Source: Candidatus Marinacidobacterium sp.
Lineage (GTDB): Bacteria > Acidobacteriota > Vicinamibacteria > Marinacidobacterales > Marinacidobacteraceae
Direction: 5' to 3'
Length of the DNA: 64,000 bases
Assembly: GCA_965204755.1 (NCBI GenBank)
Contig: OZ242011.1
Span: forward strand, 3,911,859 to 3,975,858
Shown one piece after another: positions 29,771 to 39,451 of the stretch. Within the stretch, counting starts at the first letter, position 1, and the number at the start of each line of letters is the position of its first letter. A program made the translations under genes and the position numbers. The notes beneath the pieces are model-generated. The model saw only the letters and a program-made list of their open reading frames with translations, was not told the DNA's origin and did no database searches.

Positions 29771-30577
29771 TCAGAACCGGAAACGCAAGCCGAAACGGCC
29801 GGTCAGCCAGTGGTTCTCGATGTTCCCGAAGCCGGCGAAGTCGTCCTCGTGTTCTCCGCCGTACGCGCTGTAGCGGGCCTCCCCGAAGGCCTCGAGCCGG
29901 GAGCCCCGGCCCCGGTTGATCACGGAATCCACTCCCAGCGCCAGGAAGAAGCCGGGGAGCAGTTGCCGCTCCTCGTAACGGTCGTAGAAGACTTCGGCCG
30001 TTTCCGAGTCCACGAAGTCCCCGTCCTCGATGTAGCGGTAGAGACTGCCCGAGAAGCCGCCCGAAAGGTACGGCTGCCACGCTCCTCCCGGCGGGAGGAA
30101 GCGGAAGCGGACGCCGAGATCGAGGTCGGTGGCGTCGAGACCGGTCGCATGGACGATCTCGCTCCCGTCGTCGAAGGTGAGGTCCCGATAGGAAGTGTCG
30201 AAGGCGGTCTCGCTCCATTCGGCGCCGAAGAACACATCCAGCCGCGGATGGACGGTGAAGGCGATCTCGGCGCCGAAACCCCCTTCGAACTCTTCGACCG
30301 GGGTCTGCCCGAAGTCGGCGGCGTTGGCGGTGAACAGGTCGCTCCCCGCTTCGTGGAGATAGCGAAGCGCGCCGTGGAACGAGAGCGCGGCGCGGGTCTC
30401 GCCGCCCCCGCGCGCGGCGCCCCGGCCGGCTCTCGAGCCGCCGCGTCTCGGCGGCTGCTCCCCGTCGTCCGCCGCCGCGGCGAACGCGGGCGCGCCGAGC
30501 GCGAGCGGCGGGGCGGCGATGAGGGCGGCGGTGAAGACGGCGAGGAAGGCGAAGGCGAGGTGGCGGGGGAACCGCAT
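29771..30577 (-). CDS. Outer-membrane beta-barrel protein
   Basis: Signal peptide, alternating beta-strands, WQPYLSGG, terminal GLRFRF. Confidence 0.8.
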   Translation of the reverse strand: MRFPRHLAFAFLAVFTAALIAAPPLALGAPAFAAAADDGEQPPRRGGSRAGRGAARGGGETRAALSFHGALRYLHEAGSDLFTANAADFGQTPVEEFEGGFGAEIAFTVHPRLDVFFGAEWSETAFDTSYRDLTFDDGSEIVHATGLDATDLDLGVRFRFLPPGGAWQPYLSGGFSGSLYRYIEDGDFVDSETAEVFYDRYEERQLLPGFFLALGVDSVINRGRGSRLEAFGEARYSAYGGEHEDDFAGFGNIENHWLTGRFGLRFRF

Positions 30578-30731
30578 GTCGGGGAGTCCTTTCTGTCTTG
30601 GCGGGAACGAGGCGCCGGCGGGATGCGCCGGGCCCTCCCGCAGGGAGCGAGTCCCGGCGACGGGAGTTTCCGGTCGCCGCGGCGCCAAAAATCGCAACCG
30701 TCGTACCACCCCCGGCCGAGGCCCGCTCGGG

Positions 30732-31529
30732 TCAGGTCGGGCCGGTTTCCTCCAGCAGCCGCAACAGCCGCTCGTGCACGGCCCCGTTGGTCGCGAGCAG
30801 GTTCGGGCCGCCGTTCGCGAACCGGCCGCCGGCGTAGTCCGTGACCCGGCCGCCCGCCTCCCGGACGATCAACTCTCCCGCCGCCGTGTCCCAGGCGTGG
30901 AGGGCCTCTTCCCAAAAGCCCTCCAGCCGGCCGGCGGCCACCCAGCAGAGGTCGAGCGCCGCCGAACCGGCGCGCCGCACCGACCGGACGCTCCGCATCA
31001 TGGCGGAGAACCGGGCGAGCGCGCGCGCCAGAGCCTCCGTCTCGTAGGGGAACCCGGTGGCGAGCAGCGACTCCCGGAGTTCCCCGGTGGAGGAGACGGA
31101 GATCGCGGCCCCGTCCAGCGTCGCCCCGCGCCCCGCCTCGGCGGCGAAGGTCTCGTCCCGGAGGGGGTCCGCGACCGCGCCGGCGCGGGTCTCCCCGCGC
31201 TCTTCGTAGGCGACGGAGACCGAGAACACGGGGAAGCCGTGGGCGAAGTTCGTCGTGCCGTCGAGGGGGTCCACCAGGAACCGGCGGTCCTCGCGGCGCC
31301 CCGCGACCCGGCCCCGCTCTTCGGCCAGGATCGGAACCTCCGGGAAGTCGCGGCGCAGTCGGGCGATGACGACCTCTTCCGCCCTCCGGTCCACCTCGGT
31401 GACCAGGTCCACGGGGCCCTTGAAGCGGACGCCCAGGTCGCGGACGCCGCGCGCTTCGTGGGCCTCCCGGACGACCTCCGCCCCGGCGAGAGCGGCGGCG
31501 GCGCACGCGCGCCCGACCGCCGTCTTCAT
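30732..31529 (-). CDS. suhB: Inositol monophosphatase family protein
   Basis: DLVTEVD, VDPLDGTTNFAHG, RRAGSAALDLC, WDTAAG. Confidence 0.93.
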   Translation of the reverse strand: MKTAVGRACAAAALAGAEVVREAHEARGVRDLGVRFKGPVDLVTEVDRRAEEVVIARLRRDFPEVPILAEERGRVAGRREDRRFLVDPLDGTTNFAHGFPVFSVSVAYEERGETRAGAVADPLRDETFAAEAGRGATLDGAAISVSSTGELRESLLATGFPYETEALARALARFSAMMRSVRSVRRAGSAALDLCWVAAGRLEGFWEEALHAWDTAAGELIVREAGGRVTDYAGGRFANGGPNLLATNGAVHERLLRLLEETGPT

Positions 31530-31563
31530 GCGGCGTCGCCCGCGGCGCGCCGCTCGGCTCGGC

Positions 31564-32025
31564 TCAGGACGCCGGCGCGGCGTGGCGGTGCACCAGCCGC
31601 ACCCGGGTGCCGCCGCCGGGGGCGCGCGACCAGCGGACCTCGTCCATGAACTGCCTCATGAAGAAGATGCCGCGGCCGCTGGCCTTCAGCAGGTTGTCTT
31701 CGGCGAGCGGGTCGGGCACGAGTTCCGTGTCGAAACCTTCTCCCTCGTCCTCGACCGAGACCGCGATCTCCCCGGACGCCGCTTCGGCCCCGCACCCGGC
31801 GCCGGAGGCCCCGGCCCCGGCGGTCTCGATGCGCATCCGCAGGCGCTTCGCCGGATCCATCCGGTTCCCGTGGCGCATCCCGTTGGTCACCGCTTCCCGC
31901 ACCGCCGCCTCCATCCAGTGGGTCGCGTCCGTGTCGCAGCCGAGTTGGCGGCAGTGCCGCCCGAAGACCCCGAGCAGCACTTCGACCCACTCGATCCGGG
32001 TTTCGACATCGAGGAAGACCGTCAT
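31564..32025 (-). CDS. RsbW-like anti-sigma factor (GHKL ATP-binding protein)
   Basis: EAVTNGMRHGN, VEDEGEGFD, SGRGIFFMRQFMDEV. Confidence 0.9.
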   Translation of the reverse strand: MTVFLDVETRIEWVEVLLGVFGRHCRQLGCDTDATHWMEAAVREAVTNGMRHGNRMDPAKRLRMRIETAGAGASGAGCGAEAASGEIAVSVEDEGEGFDTELVPDPLAEDNLLKASGRGIFFMRQFMDEVRWSRAPGGGTRVRLVHRHAAPAS

Positions 32026-33557
32026 CCGCCGCCCTCCGGAACCCCGGGAACCGGGACGGCGCCGGCATCGCCGGCTTCGGGCAGCGGGCAGAGTTCGTAC
32101 TGCGGCTCCGCGAGGCTCGGCGTGTCTTCCACGACCACCATCGCCCCGATCACGCTCCGGATCTCCCCGAGCAGCGCGGACCGCCTCAGCGCCGACGCCA
32201 CCTCGGGAGCGGCGCGGACCAGGAGGCCCGGCCCGAACTCCGCGGCCTTCTTCTGGGTCCGGCTGAACACCTCGCGGCAGACCGCGCCCAGCGAGGCGAC
32301 CTTGCCCACGCCCCGGCAAGCCGGGCAGGCCGCGAGGAGCGCGGTCTCCAGACTGGGGCGGTCCTTCTTCCGGGTCAGGACCGCCACGCAGGTGTTCCGG
32401 TCGAGCGGGGAGAGGCGGGTGGCCTCGGGGTCCCGCTTCAGGTGTTTCGAGAGGGACTGGAACACGCGCTCCCGGTTCGCCGCGTCCTTCATGTCGATGA
32501 AGTCGATCGCGACGATGCCCCCGTGGCCGCGCAGCCGCAGTTGGCGGGCGATCTCCCCGGCCGCTTCGAGGTTCACCCGGGTGGCGCTCTCCTCCGGCTC
32601 GCTGGCCTCGCTGGCCTTCCCGGAGTTCACATCCACGGTAACCATCGCCTCGGTCTGTTCGATGACGATCGTGCCGCCGGAGGGCAACTTCACATGGCGG
32701 CGGGCGGAACGCCGGAGCGCGGCCTCGACCGCGTACTCCTCGAAGATCGGGTAGTTGCGGGAGTAGAGCCGCACCTTGTGCTCCATCCGCGGCAGGAACT
32801 GGCGGACGAAGTTCACGATCTGCCCGTAGAGGTCGTCGCAGTCCACCCGGATCGCGTCGAAACCGGCCGACAGGACATCCCGGATGTAGCGGAACACCAG
32901 CGGCAACTCGGGTCGGAGGCACGCCGGCGGCCCGGACAGACTCTCGCGCCGGATCGTTTCCCAATCCCGCTCGATGCGGGAGATGTCGGCGGCGAGCGTC
33001 TCTTCGTCGCTCTGCTCCGCGGCCGGCCGCGCCTCCCACTCCCCTTTCATGGTCGTCTGCCGGGAGACCAGCGCGGCGACCCGCACCCGCTCCCTCGGAC
33101 CGAAGACGCCGCGCTCCGTCGTGACCCCGGTCTCCGCGAAGGGACGGAAGTTGAAGCACCGGCCCTGCAGGTTCAGCCGGCAGGTGAGCCGGTACCCCTT
33201 CCGCGCCAGCGGTTCCCGGGTGACCTGGACGAGCACCACCCGCCCCGGCTCGAGGAACTCCTCGATCCGGGACTTCTCGCCCCCCGCGGCGCCGTTCCCG
33301 GCGGCGTCGCCGGTGAACGCCGCCGCGGCGCCCGAAGGGATCTGGTCCACCTGCAAGAACGCGTTCCGGTGGAGGCCGATGTCCACGAACGCCGACTGGG
33401 TGGACGGCGCCACCCGCTGCACGCGGCCCCGGTAGATCCCGTTCAGGACATTCTGCTCGGAATGGTGCTGGAGGCCGAGTTCCACGACCTCCCCGTCCTC
33501 GAGGAGCGCGATGCGCGTCTCCCCGGGAAGACTGTTGACGATCAGTTCGCGTGGCAC
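32022..33557 (-). CDS. rng: Ribonuclease E/G family protein
   Basis: ETRIALLEDG, IYRGRV, AFVDIG, LPSGGTIVIEQTEAMVTVDVNSG, IARQLRLR..GGIVAIDFIDM, CPAC. Confidence 0.9.
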   Translation of the reverse strand: MPRELIVNSLPGETRIALLEDGEVVELGLQHHSEQNVLNGIYRGRVQRVAPSTQSAFVDIGLHRNAFLQVDQIPSGAAAAFTGDAAGNGAAGGEKSRIEEFLEPGRVVLVQVTREPLARKGYRLTCRLNLQGRCFNFRPFAETGVTTERGVFGPRERVRVAALVSRQTTMKGEWEARPAAEQSDEETLAADISRIERDWETIRRESLSGPPACLRPELPLVFRYIRDVLSAGFDAIRVDCDDLYGQIVNFVRQFLPRMEHKVRLYSRNYPIFEEYAVEAALRRSARRHVKLPSGGTIVIEQTEAMVTVDVNSGKASEASEPEESATRVNLEAAGEIARQLRLRGHGGIVAIDFIDMKDAANRERVFQSLSKHLKRDPEATRLSPLDRNTCVAVLTRKKDRPSLETALLAACPACRGVGKVASLGAVCREVFSRTQKKAAEFGPGLLVRAAPEVASALRRSALLGEIRSVIGAMVVVEDTPSLAEPQYELCPLPEAGDAGAVPVPGVPEGGG

Positions 33558-33746
33558 GGGCGCCTTCGTTCCTTCCTGCTCCCTTTTTCCCGCGCCTCTT
33601 CCGATTCCGCGGTCCGGGGCGCTCGGCTGCCCGGAGACCGGCCCCGCCCGATCGGGGACGCCCTGCTCAAGGGAAACGCGCGCCGGCGTCCGGCGCGCAA
33701 GGCAGCCTAGCACGGCGGCCCCCGGCCGGACCGCCCGGCGGGAGGC

Positions 33747-34847
33747 TCAGCCGGGATTCGTCCCGCGGTGCACCGCGGCGGCCAGCCCGAGCGCCGCGCC
33801 GGTGACCAGGAGCGAGTTGCCGCCGTAACTCAGCAACGGGAGCGGGAAGCCCTTCACCGGCACGAGGCCGGCCACCATGGCGATGTTGTAGAGCGTCTGG
33901 CTCAGCAGCATGAAGAAGACCCCGCCGGCGAGCAGCGCCCCGAGTTGGTCGCCGGCCGAGGCCGCGTCCGCGGCGATGGAGAGCAGGAGCGAACCGAGCC
34001 AGAGGTAGAGGCAGAGCACGGCCACGACGCCGAGGAAGCCGAATTCCTCGGCGAGCACCGCGAAGATGAAGTCGGTGTGCGGCGCCGGGAGGAACTGGTA
34101 CCCGGTCTGGGAGCCTTCGAGCCAGCCGGCGCCGAAAAAGCCGCCGGACCCGACGGCGATCGAGGCCTGGAGGGTCTGGTACCCGGCGCCGAGCGGATCG
34201 CTCTCCGGGCTCAGGAACGCGAGCAGGCGTTCGCGCTGGTACCCGCGGAGCCCCCAGAACCAGGCGGCCGGAACGAGCACGACGCCGGCGGCCGCCGCCA
34301 CGCGCAGGTGCTTCCAGCCGAACAGGCCCCCGAGCGCCGCCATGCCGAGGGCGGTGACGGTCAGGATGGCGGCGCTTCCGAGGTCGGGCTGCGTCGCCAC
34401 CGCGAGCACCAGCGCCGCCGAAGCCGCCGTCCAGGCGGCCACCGCCTGCCGGCTGAGCGTTTCCCGGGCCGAGCGGGCGATGAGTTGGGCCAGGAGGAGC
34501 ACCAGCGCCAACTTCGCCAATTCGCCGGGCTGGACGGTGATCGCGCCGAGGTCGAGCCACCGCCGGGTGCCCGCGCGGAGGCCGGCCGCCAAGGTGGCGT
34601 AGGCCGAGAGCCCCAGCACCACGGCGAAGAAGACCGGGGAAAGCCGGGCCAGCCGGCGGTAGTTCACCCGCGAAGCGAGGAGTCCCAATCCGGCGCCCAG
34701 CCCGATCCGCCACAGGTGGTCGGCGAAGTCCAGCGAAGCGCCGAAACTGCGAAGCGCGCTGTAGAGCGCCGGCAGCGAGACCAGGCAGAGAAGGCCCGCC
34801 GCCGCCGCGAGCCGCAGGTCAGTTCCCGGACGAAAGCGCGGTGTCAT
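33747..34847 (-). CDS. rodA: Rod shape-determining protein RodA
   Basis: QPGELAK, QPDLG, GYQ...AVGSGG, PAPHTDFIFAVLAEEFG, LPLLSYGG. Confidence 0.93.
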   Translation of the reverse strand: MTPRFRPGTDLRLAAAAGLLCLVSLPALYSALRSFGASLDFADHLWRIGLGAGLGLLASRVNYRRLARLSPVFFAVVLGLSAYATLAAGLRAGTRRWLDLGAITVQPGELAKLALVLLLAQLIARSARETLSRQAVAAWTAASAALVLAVATQPDLGSAAILTVTALGMAALGGLFGWKHLRVAAAAGVVLVPAAWFWGLRGYQRERLLAFLSPESDPLGAGYQTLQASIAVGSGGFFGAGWLEGSQTGYQFLPAPHTDFIFAVLAEEFGFLGVVAVLCLYLWLGSLLLSIAADAASAGDQLGALLAGGVFFMLLSQTLYNIAMVAGLVPVKGFPLPLLSYGGNSLLVTGAALGLAAAVHRGTNPG

Positions 34848-36597
34848 CCGTCCCCCCCGCCGGCCGCGGCCGGTCGAAGTACGCCTCGAAAAGGGCGCGC
34901 GCCACCGGGCCGGCCGCCGCTCCGCCGCCGCCGCCGTGCTCCACCACCACGGCGACCGCGATCTCCGGCGCCTCGAAGGGCGCGAAACCCACGAACCACG
35001 CATGGGTCCGCAACTCGGGCGCGCGCTCTTCGTCCTCCCCCTCCACGCGCTCCGCGTTCGCCACCTGCGCGGTGCCGGTCTTTCCCGCGACCGCGAAGCC
35101 CCGGATCCCGGCCCGCCGCGCCGTGCCCGAGGTGACCGCGGCGCGCATTCCGGCCCGGATCATCTCCAGGCGCTCCTCGGGGAACCCCTCGACGACGCGC
35201 GGCGGAACCGGCTCCACCAGCCGGGGGGTGTGGAGGGTCCCGCCGGCGGCCACCGCCGCGACCAGCCGGGCCATCTGGATCGGCGTCACCTGGACCGCCC
35301 CCTGCCCTACGGCGACGGAAGCGGTTTCGCTGGCGTACCACCTCTCCCCCTGCGTCCGCCGCTTCCACTCCCGGGTGGGAAGCAACCCCGGCGCTTCGTT
35401 CAGCAGGTCCACGCCGGTGGCCTCGCCGAGCCCGAACGCTCCCGCCCAGTGGGCGATGACATCCACATCCAGCGACTCCACCAGGCGGTAGAAGAAGACA
35501 TTGCAGGACTTCGCGAGCGCCTCGACCAGGTCGAGTTCCCCGTGCCCGGAAGCCAGGTGGCAGCGGAAGGTGCGGCCGGCGACCCGCGCGCTCCCCCGGC
35601 AGCGGAACCGGGTCGTCTCGTCGGCGACCCCCTCCGCGAGGGCCGCCGCCGCGGTGACCAACTTGAAGGCGGAGCCCGGCGGGTAACGACCCTGCACCGC
35701 CCGGTTGAGGAGCGGCGCCCGCGGATCGGCCACGAGGCTCCGGAAGTGGCCGGGATCGCGGCGGCGCCAGTGCGGGTCGGGGGCCGGGAAACTCCCGATC
35801 CCGAGCACTTCGCCGCTTCGCGGGTCCAGCGCGGCGAAGGCCCCGGCCCGGCCGTCGAACGCCGCCGCCGCGGCCTCCTGGAGGCCGGCGAGAACCGTGA
35901 GCCGGACGGTGCCGCCGCGCACCGGATCCGCGCGAACCGACCGGGTCAGCACGACCTGCCGCGAATTCACCACGGTGCGGTGGTGGCCGTCGGCGCCGCT
36001 GAGCACCGCGTTGTACACCCGCTCGACGCCGTCCTGCCCGACCAGGTCGCCGGAGGCGGACTCGATGAATTCCTCGAGCAGCAGTTGGGCCCGGGTCACT
36101 TCCCCGACATACCCCAGCAGGTGCGCGGTGGCGGGGCCCAGGGGGTAGCGGCGCGCCGGCACGAAGTCCACGCGCACGCCGGGCAGATCGCGGCGCCGGG
36201 CCTCGTACCAGGCGGCTTCCCCCAGGTCGAGTTGCGATTCGACGACGACCGAGCCGCGCGAGGCGCGGGAGGTCCAGCCGTCGAGATCCCCCTCGTCCTC
36301 CGGAAGTCTCCCCAACTCCGCGAGGCGTCCGAGGCCCGTCCGGTCGGCGAACAGCGTGAACGAGGGCTCGCTCTCCGCGAGCACGACGCCGTCGCGATCG
36401 GTGACCAGGCCGCGCGGCGCCCGCAGCCGCTCGGTCTGCAGGTGGTTTTCCTGGGCGAGCCGCGCGTACTCCTCGCCGCGCGCCACCTGCAGGTTCCAGA
36501 ACCGGAACGCCAGGACCACGACGGCCAACCAGAGCGGCGCCCGCAGCAGGAGCAGGCGGCGGCGGATGCTGCCGGGCGCGGCGCCGGGATCCCTCAC
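34819..36597 (-). CDS. mrdA: Penicillin-binding protein 2
   Basis: APRGLVTDRDG, AHLLGYV, YPPGSAFK, SCN, GKTGTAQ; lies between mreD and rodA. Confidence 0.92.
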   Translation of the reverse strand: MRDPGAAPGSIRRRLLLLRAPLWLAVVVLAFRFWNLQVARGEEYARLAQENHLQTERLRAPRGLVTDRDGVVLAESEPSFTLFADRTGLGRLAELGRLPEDEGDLDGWTSRASRGSVVVESQLDLGEAAWYEARRRDLPGVRVDFVPARRYPLGPATAHLLGYVGEVTRAQLLLEEFIESASGDLVGQDGVERVYNAVLSGADGHHRTVVNSRQVVLTRSVRADPVRGGTVRLTVLAGLQEAAAAAFDGRAGAFAALDPRSGEVLGIGSFPAPDPHWRRRDPGHFRSLVADPRAPLLNRAVQGRYPPGSAFKLVTAAAALAEGVADETTRFRCRGSARVAGRTFRCHLASGHGELDLVEALAKSCNVFFYRLVESLDVDVIAHWAGAFGLGEATGVDLLNEAPGLLPTREWKRRTQGERWYASETASVAVGQGAVQVTPIQMARLVAAVAAGGTLHTPRLVEPVPPRVVEGFPEERLEMIRAGMRAAVTSGTARRAGIRGFAVAGKTGTAQVANAERVEGEDEERAPELRTHAWFVGFAPFEAPEIAVAVVVEHGGGGGAAAGPVARALFEAYFDRPRPAGGTDDTALSSGN

Positions 36598-37187
36598 GGC
36601 GCCCCGCCCCCCCCGGCCCCGGACCCGTCGCGGTCGAGCCGGCCGCGAAGCCCTCCGGGAAACGCCGTCGGCCCCTCGCCCGGCAGGACGAATTCCGACC
36701 GCCTCTTCCGCAGGACCCGCAGGACCGCCAGGCCGTAGCCGACCGTGATCGGGAGACCGAGCGCGGCGGCCCCGAACCGGGTTCCGCCGGCGCCGCGGAC
36801 GCCGGTGACCTCCGCGAGCAGCCACACCACGACCTGGTCGGCGATGCCCGCGCCGAGGATGACCACCGCGGCCTGGCCGGTGGGCGCGCCGAACAGGCGC
36901 TCCCCGATCCGCGCCACGCCGTACCCGACGAGCGGCTTGGAGAAACCGCGCATCCCCAGGATGCCGGTGGAGAACGAGTCCTGGAGCAGGCCGGCCACCG
37001 CGCCGGACGAAATCGCCGCGGTCGGGCCGTGGACGAGGGCGACAGCGGCGACCGTGGAGAGGATGAGGTCCGGCCCGGCCCCGAGGATCCCTCCGAAGAG
37101 CAGCAGCACCGTCTGCAGGAAGAAGGCGGCCAGGATCGCGGCCCCGATCCGGGCGGCGGCGCGGAGGCGGTCGGCGCTCGGGGTCAC
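36594..37187 (-). CDS. mreD: Rod shape-determining protein MreD
   Basis: PDL...GLLQDSFS..ILG hydrophobic protein between mreC and mrdA. Confidence 0.85.
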   Translation of the reverse strand: MTPSADRLRAAARIGAAILAAFFLQTVLLLFGGILGAGPDLILSTVAAVALVHGPTAAISSGAVAGLLQDSFSTGILGMRGFSKPLVGYGVARIGERLFGAPTGQAAVVILGAGIADQVVVWLLAEVTGVRGAGGTRFGAAALGLPITVGYGLAVLRVLRKRRSEFVLPGEGPTAFPGGLRGRLDRDGSGAGGGGAP

Positions 37188-38089
37188 TCGGGCGCCGCCC
37201 CCTGCGCCGGCGCGGGAGGAACGCCGCTTCCGGGGGCATCCGCCGCTTCGGGCTCGGACTCCTCCGGGAACGGCGCTTCCACCGGGTCGAGCAGGAAGAC
37301 CCGCTCCAGCGAGTCGAAGTCGGCCGCCGGCTCCACGAGGATGTCGAGCAGCATCCCGGCGCCGCGCCGCACGCGCGCGACCCGGCCGATGGGCAGCCCC
37401 TTGGGGTACATCCCGTCGAGTCCGCTCGAGATCACGTCTTCGCCGACGACCACATTCTGGCCCACCGGCACATAGTCGAGGCGCAGCGCGTCCCCTTCGT
37501 CCTCGTTGAACCGCGCCGCCCGGACGATGCCCCGCACGCGGCTCTCGGCGGTGAGCGCCGCCGCCGCGGCGGTGGGCGCGAGCAGCAACTCCACCTGCCC
37601 GGCGTTCGGCGCCGCCGCCACCAGCCGGCCGAGGAGCCCGGAGGCGGACATCACCGGCGAATCGGCGCGCACCCCGTGGATCCGTCCCCGGTTCACCGTG
37701 ATGCTCCGGTCGAGCGGCGACGCGGCGAAGCCGATCACCTCGGCCGGGACGGGCTCGCCGACCCCGAAGGACTCGGCGTCGAACGCGGTGAAGCCCCGCG
37801 CCCGCGCCCGCATCCCCCGCTCCACGGTCAGTTCCCACTCCAGCCGGGCGACCCGCCGGGCGAGTTCGTCCCGCTGGTCGCGCACCCCCCGGGCGTCGCT
37901 GACCGCCCCGCCGAGCGACCAGACGCCCCGCGCCGCCCCGGTGACCGCGTCCTGGCCCCCGGCGAGGACCGTCATCAACCCGTCCCGCACCACGGAGTTG
38001 TGGGATCCCGTCCGCACATGGAAGGTCAACCCGAGGAAGTTCGCCGTGAGCACGAGGGCCAACGCGGCGAGATGGCGGCGCTGGCGCAT
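37184..38089 (-). CDS. mreC: Rod shape-determining protein MreC
   Basis: AEVIG, ITVNRG..HGV, GLLGRL, SSGLDGMYPKGLPIG, VEPAADF. Confidence 0.92.
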   Translation of the reverse strand: MRQRRHLAALALVLTANFLGLTFHVRTGSHNSVVRDGLMTVLAGGQDAVTGAARGVWSLGGAVSDARGVRDQRDELARRVARLEWELTVERGMRARARGFTAFDAESFGVGEPVPAEVIGFAASPLDRSITVNRGRIHGVRADSPVMSASGLLGRLVAAAPNAGQVELLLAPTAAAAALTAESRVRGIVRAARFNEDEGDALRLDYVPVGQNVVVGEDVISSGLDGMYPKGLPIGRVARVRRGAGMLLDILVEPAADFDSLERVFLLDPVEAPFPEESEPEAADAPGSGVPPAPAQGAAPE

Positions 38090-38110
38090 CGCCCCGCCCT
38101 CCCCCTAGCG

Positions 38111-38201
38111 GCCCGTGGAAGAAGCGCCGCGCCGCGGAACCGGACGGCGACTCGGCGCCCTCCGGTCGGGGAGCGGAGGGCGGGGCGCTCTTTCCACGGG
38201 C
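38111..38201 (+). repeat. Hairpin-rich repeat, copy C (large hairpin module only), between mreB and mreC
   Basis: gcccgtggaagaagcgcc...gggcgctctttccacgggc, homologous to the 3' half of copies A and B. Confidence 0.8.
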
Positions 38202-38207
38202 CTCTCC

Positions 38208-39242
38208 CTAGTTGGCGTCGGTGACCTCGTGGAGCAGGTCGAGGCGTTCGAGCAGGATTCCGGCGCCGTTCACCACGCAGTCGAGCGGGTTGTCGGCGAC
38301 CCGCACCTTCAGGTTGGTCTCGTCGGTGATGCGTTCCGGCAGCCCCCGCAGCATCGCGCCGCCGCCGGTGAGCACGATGCCGTTCTGCACCAGGTCGGCG
38401 GAGAGTTCGGGCTCGGTCTGCTCCAGCACCTCGGAGATGGCGCGGAGGAGTTGGCGCAGCGGGAGCGCCAACCCCTCGCGGATGTTCTCCTCGGTGACCG
38501 AGATCGTGCTCGGCGCCATCCGGGAGAGGTCCCGCCCGCGGATCACCAGCGCCTCGCGCGGCTGGCCCATCGGACGGGCGCTGCCCAACTCCATCTTGAT
38601 GCGCTCGGCGGTGCGCTCGCCGACCAGGAGGCCGTGCGACCGGCGGAGGTATTCGACGATGGCCTTCGTGAACGCGTCGCCGGCGGTGCGCACCGAGGTG
38701 CCGCTCGCGATGCCGGAGAGCGAGATCACCGCGATGTCGGAGGTGCCGCCGCCGATGTCCACGACGCACCGCCCTTCCGGGCTCGACACCACCAGCCCGG
38801 CGCCCACCGCCGCGGCGATCGTCTGGTCCACCAGGAAGACCTCGCTCGCCCGGGCCCGCAGGATGGAGTCGCGCACCGCCCGCCGCTCCACCGGGGTGAT
38901 CTTGAGCGGCACGCCCACCACCATGCGGGGCGCCGCCCAGCGCTTCCGGCCGATCGCCTTCAGGACGAAGTGGCTGATCATCCGTTCGGCGGCCTCGAAG
39001 TCGGCGATCACGCCGTCCCGCATGGGCCGGATGGTCTTGATGTGGCCGGGTGTCTTGCCGACCATCGCGTACGCCTCGGAGCCGACCGCCTCGACCCGCC
39101 GGGTGGCGGTGTTGAACGCGACCACCGAGGGCTCGCGGAGGATGATGCCCTCGTCCTGCGTGAAGATCAGGGTGTTCGCCGTCCCCAGGTCCATGGCCAG
39201 GTCCACGGAGAACAGGCTGAGGAGGGAGCGGAACAGGGGCAT
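38208..39242 (-). CDS. mreB: Rod shape-determining protein MreB
   Basis: MDLGTANT, EPSVVA, RPMRDGVIADF, VDIGGGT, IVLTGGGA. Confidence 0.96.
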   Translation of the reverse strand: MPLFRSLLSLFSVDLAMDLGTANTLIFTQDEGIILREPSVVAFNTATRRVEAVGSEAYAMVGKTPGHIKTIRPMRDGVIADFEAAERMISHFVLKAIGRKRWAAPRMVVGVPLKITPVERRAVRDSILRARASEVFLVDQTIAAAVGAGLVVSSPEGRCVVDIGGGTSDIAVISLSGIASGTSVRTAGDAFTKAIVEYLRRSHGLLVGERTAERIKMELGSARPMGQPREALVIRGRDLSRMAPSTISVTEENIREGLALPLRQLLRAISEVLEQTEPELSADLVQNGIVLTGGGAMLRGLPERITDETNLKVRVADNPLDCVVNGAGILLERLDLLHEVTDAN

Positions 39243-39451
39243 CGGAGTGGGTCGCGGGCTCGGCCGTTTCGGGAATCGGGCGCCTCGGGGCGGACGCCGG
39301 CGCCGGCCGGCGCGCCGGGGCTCGCCGCGGGCGGCGGCGGGCGGCCCGCTCCCCGCCGTCGGCCTCGCCGCCGGCCGCCGGGAAAGGTTACCAGTCTCCC
39401 CGTCCGCGACCGGCGGCCGGCAGCCGGAAATCGGTACTATGGGGGGTTCTC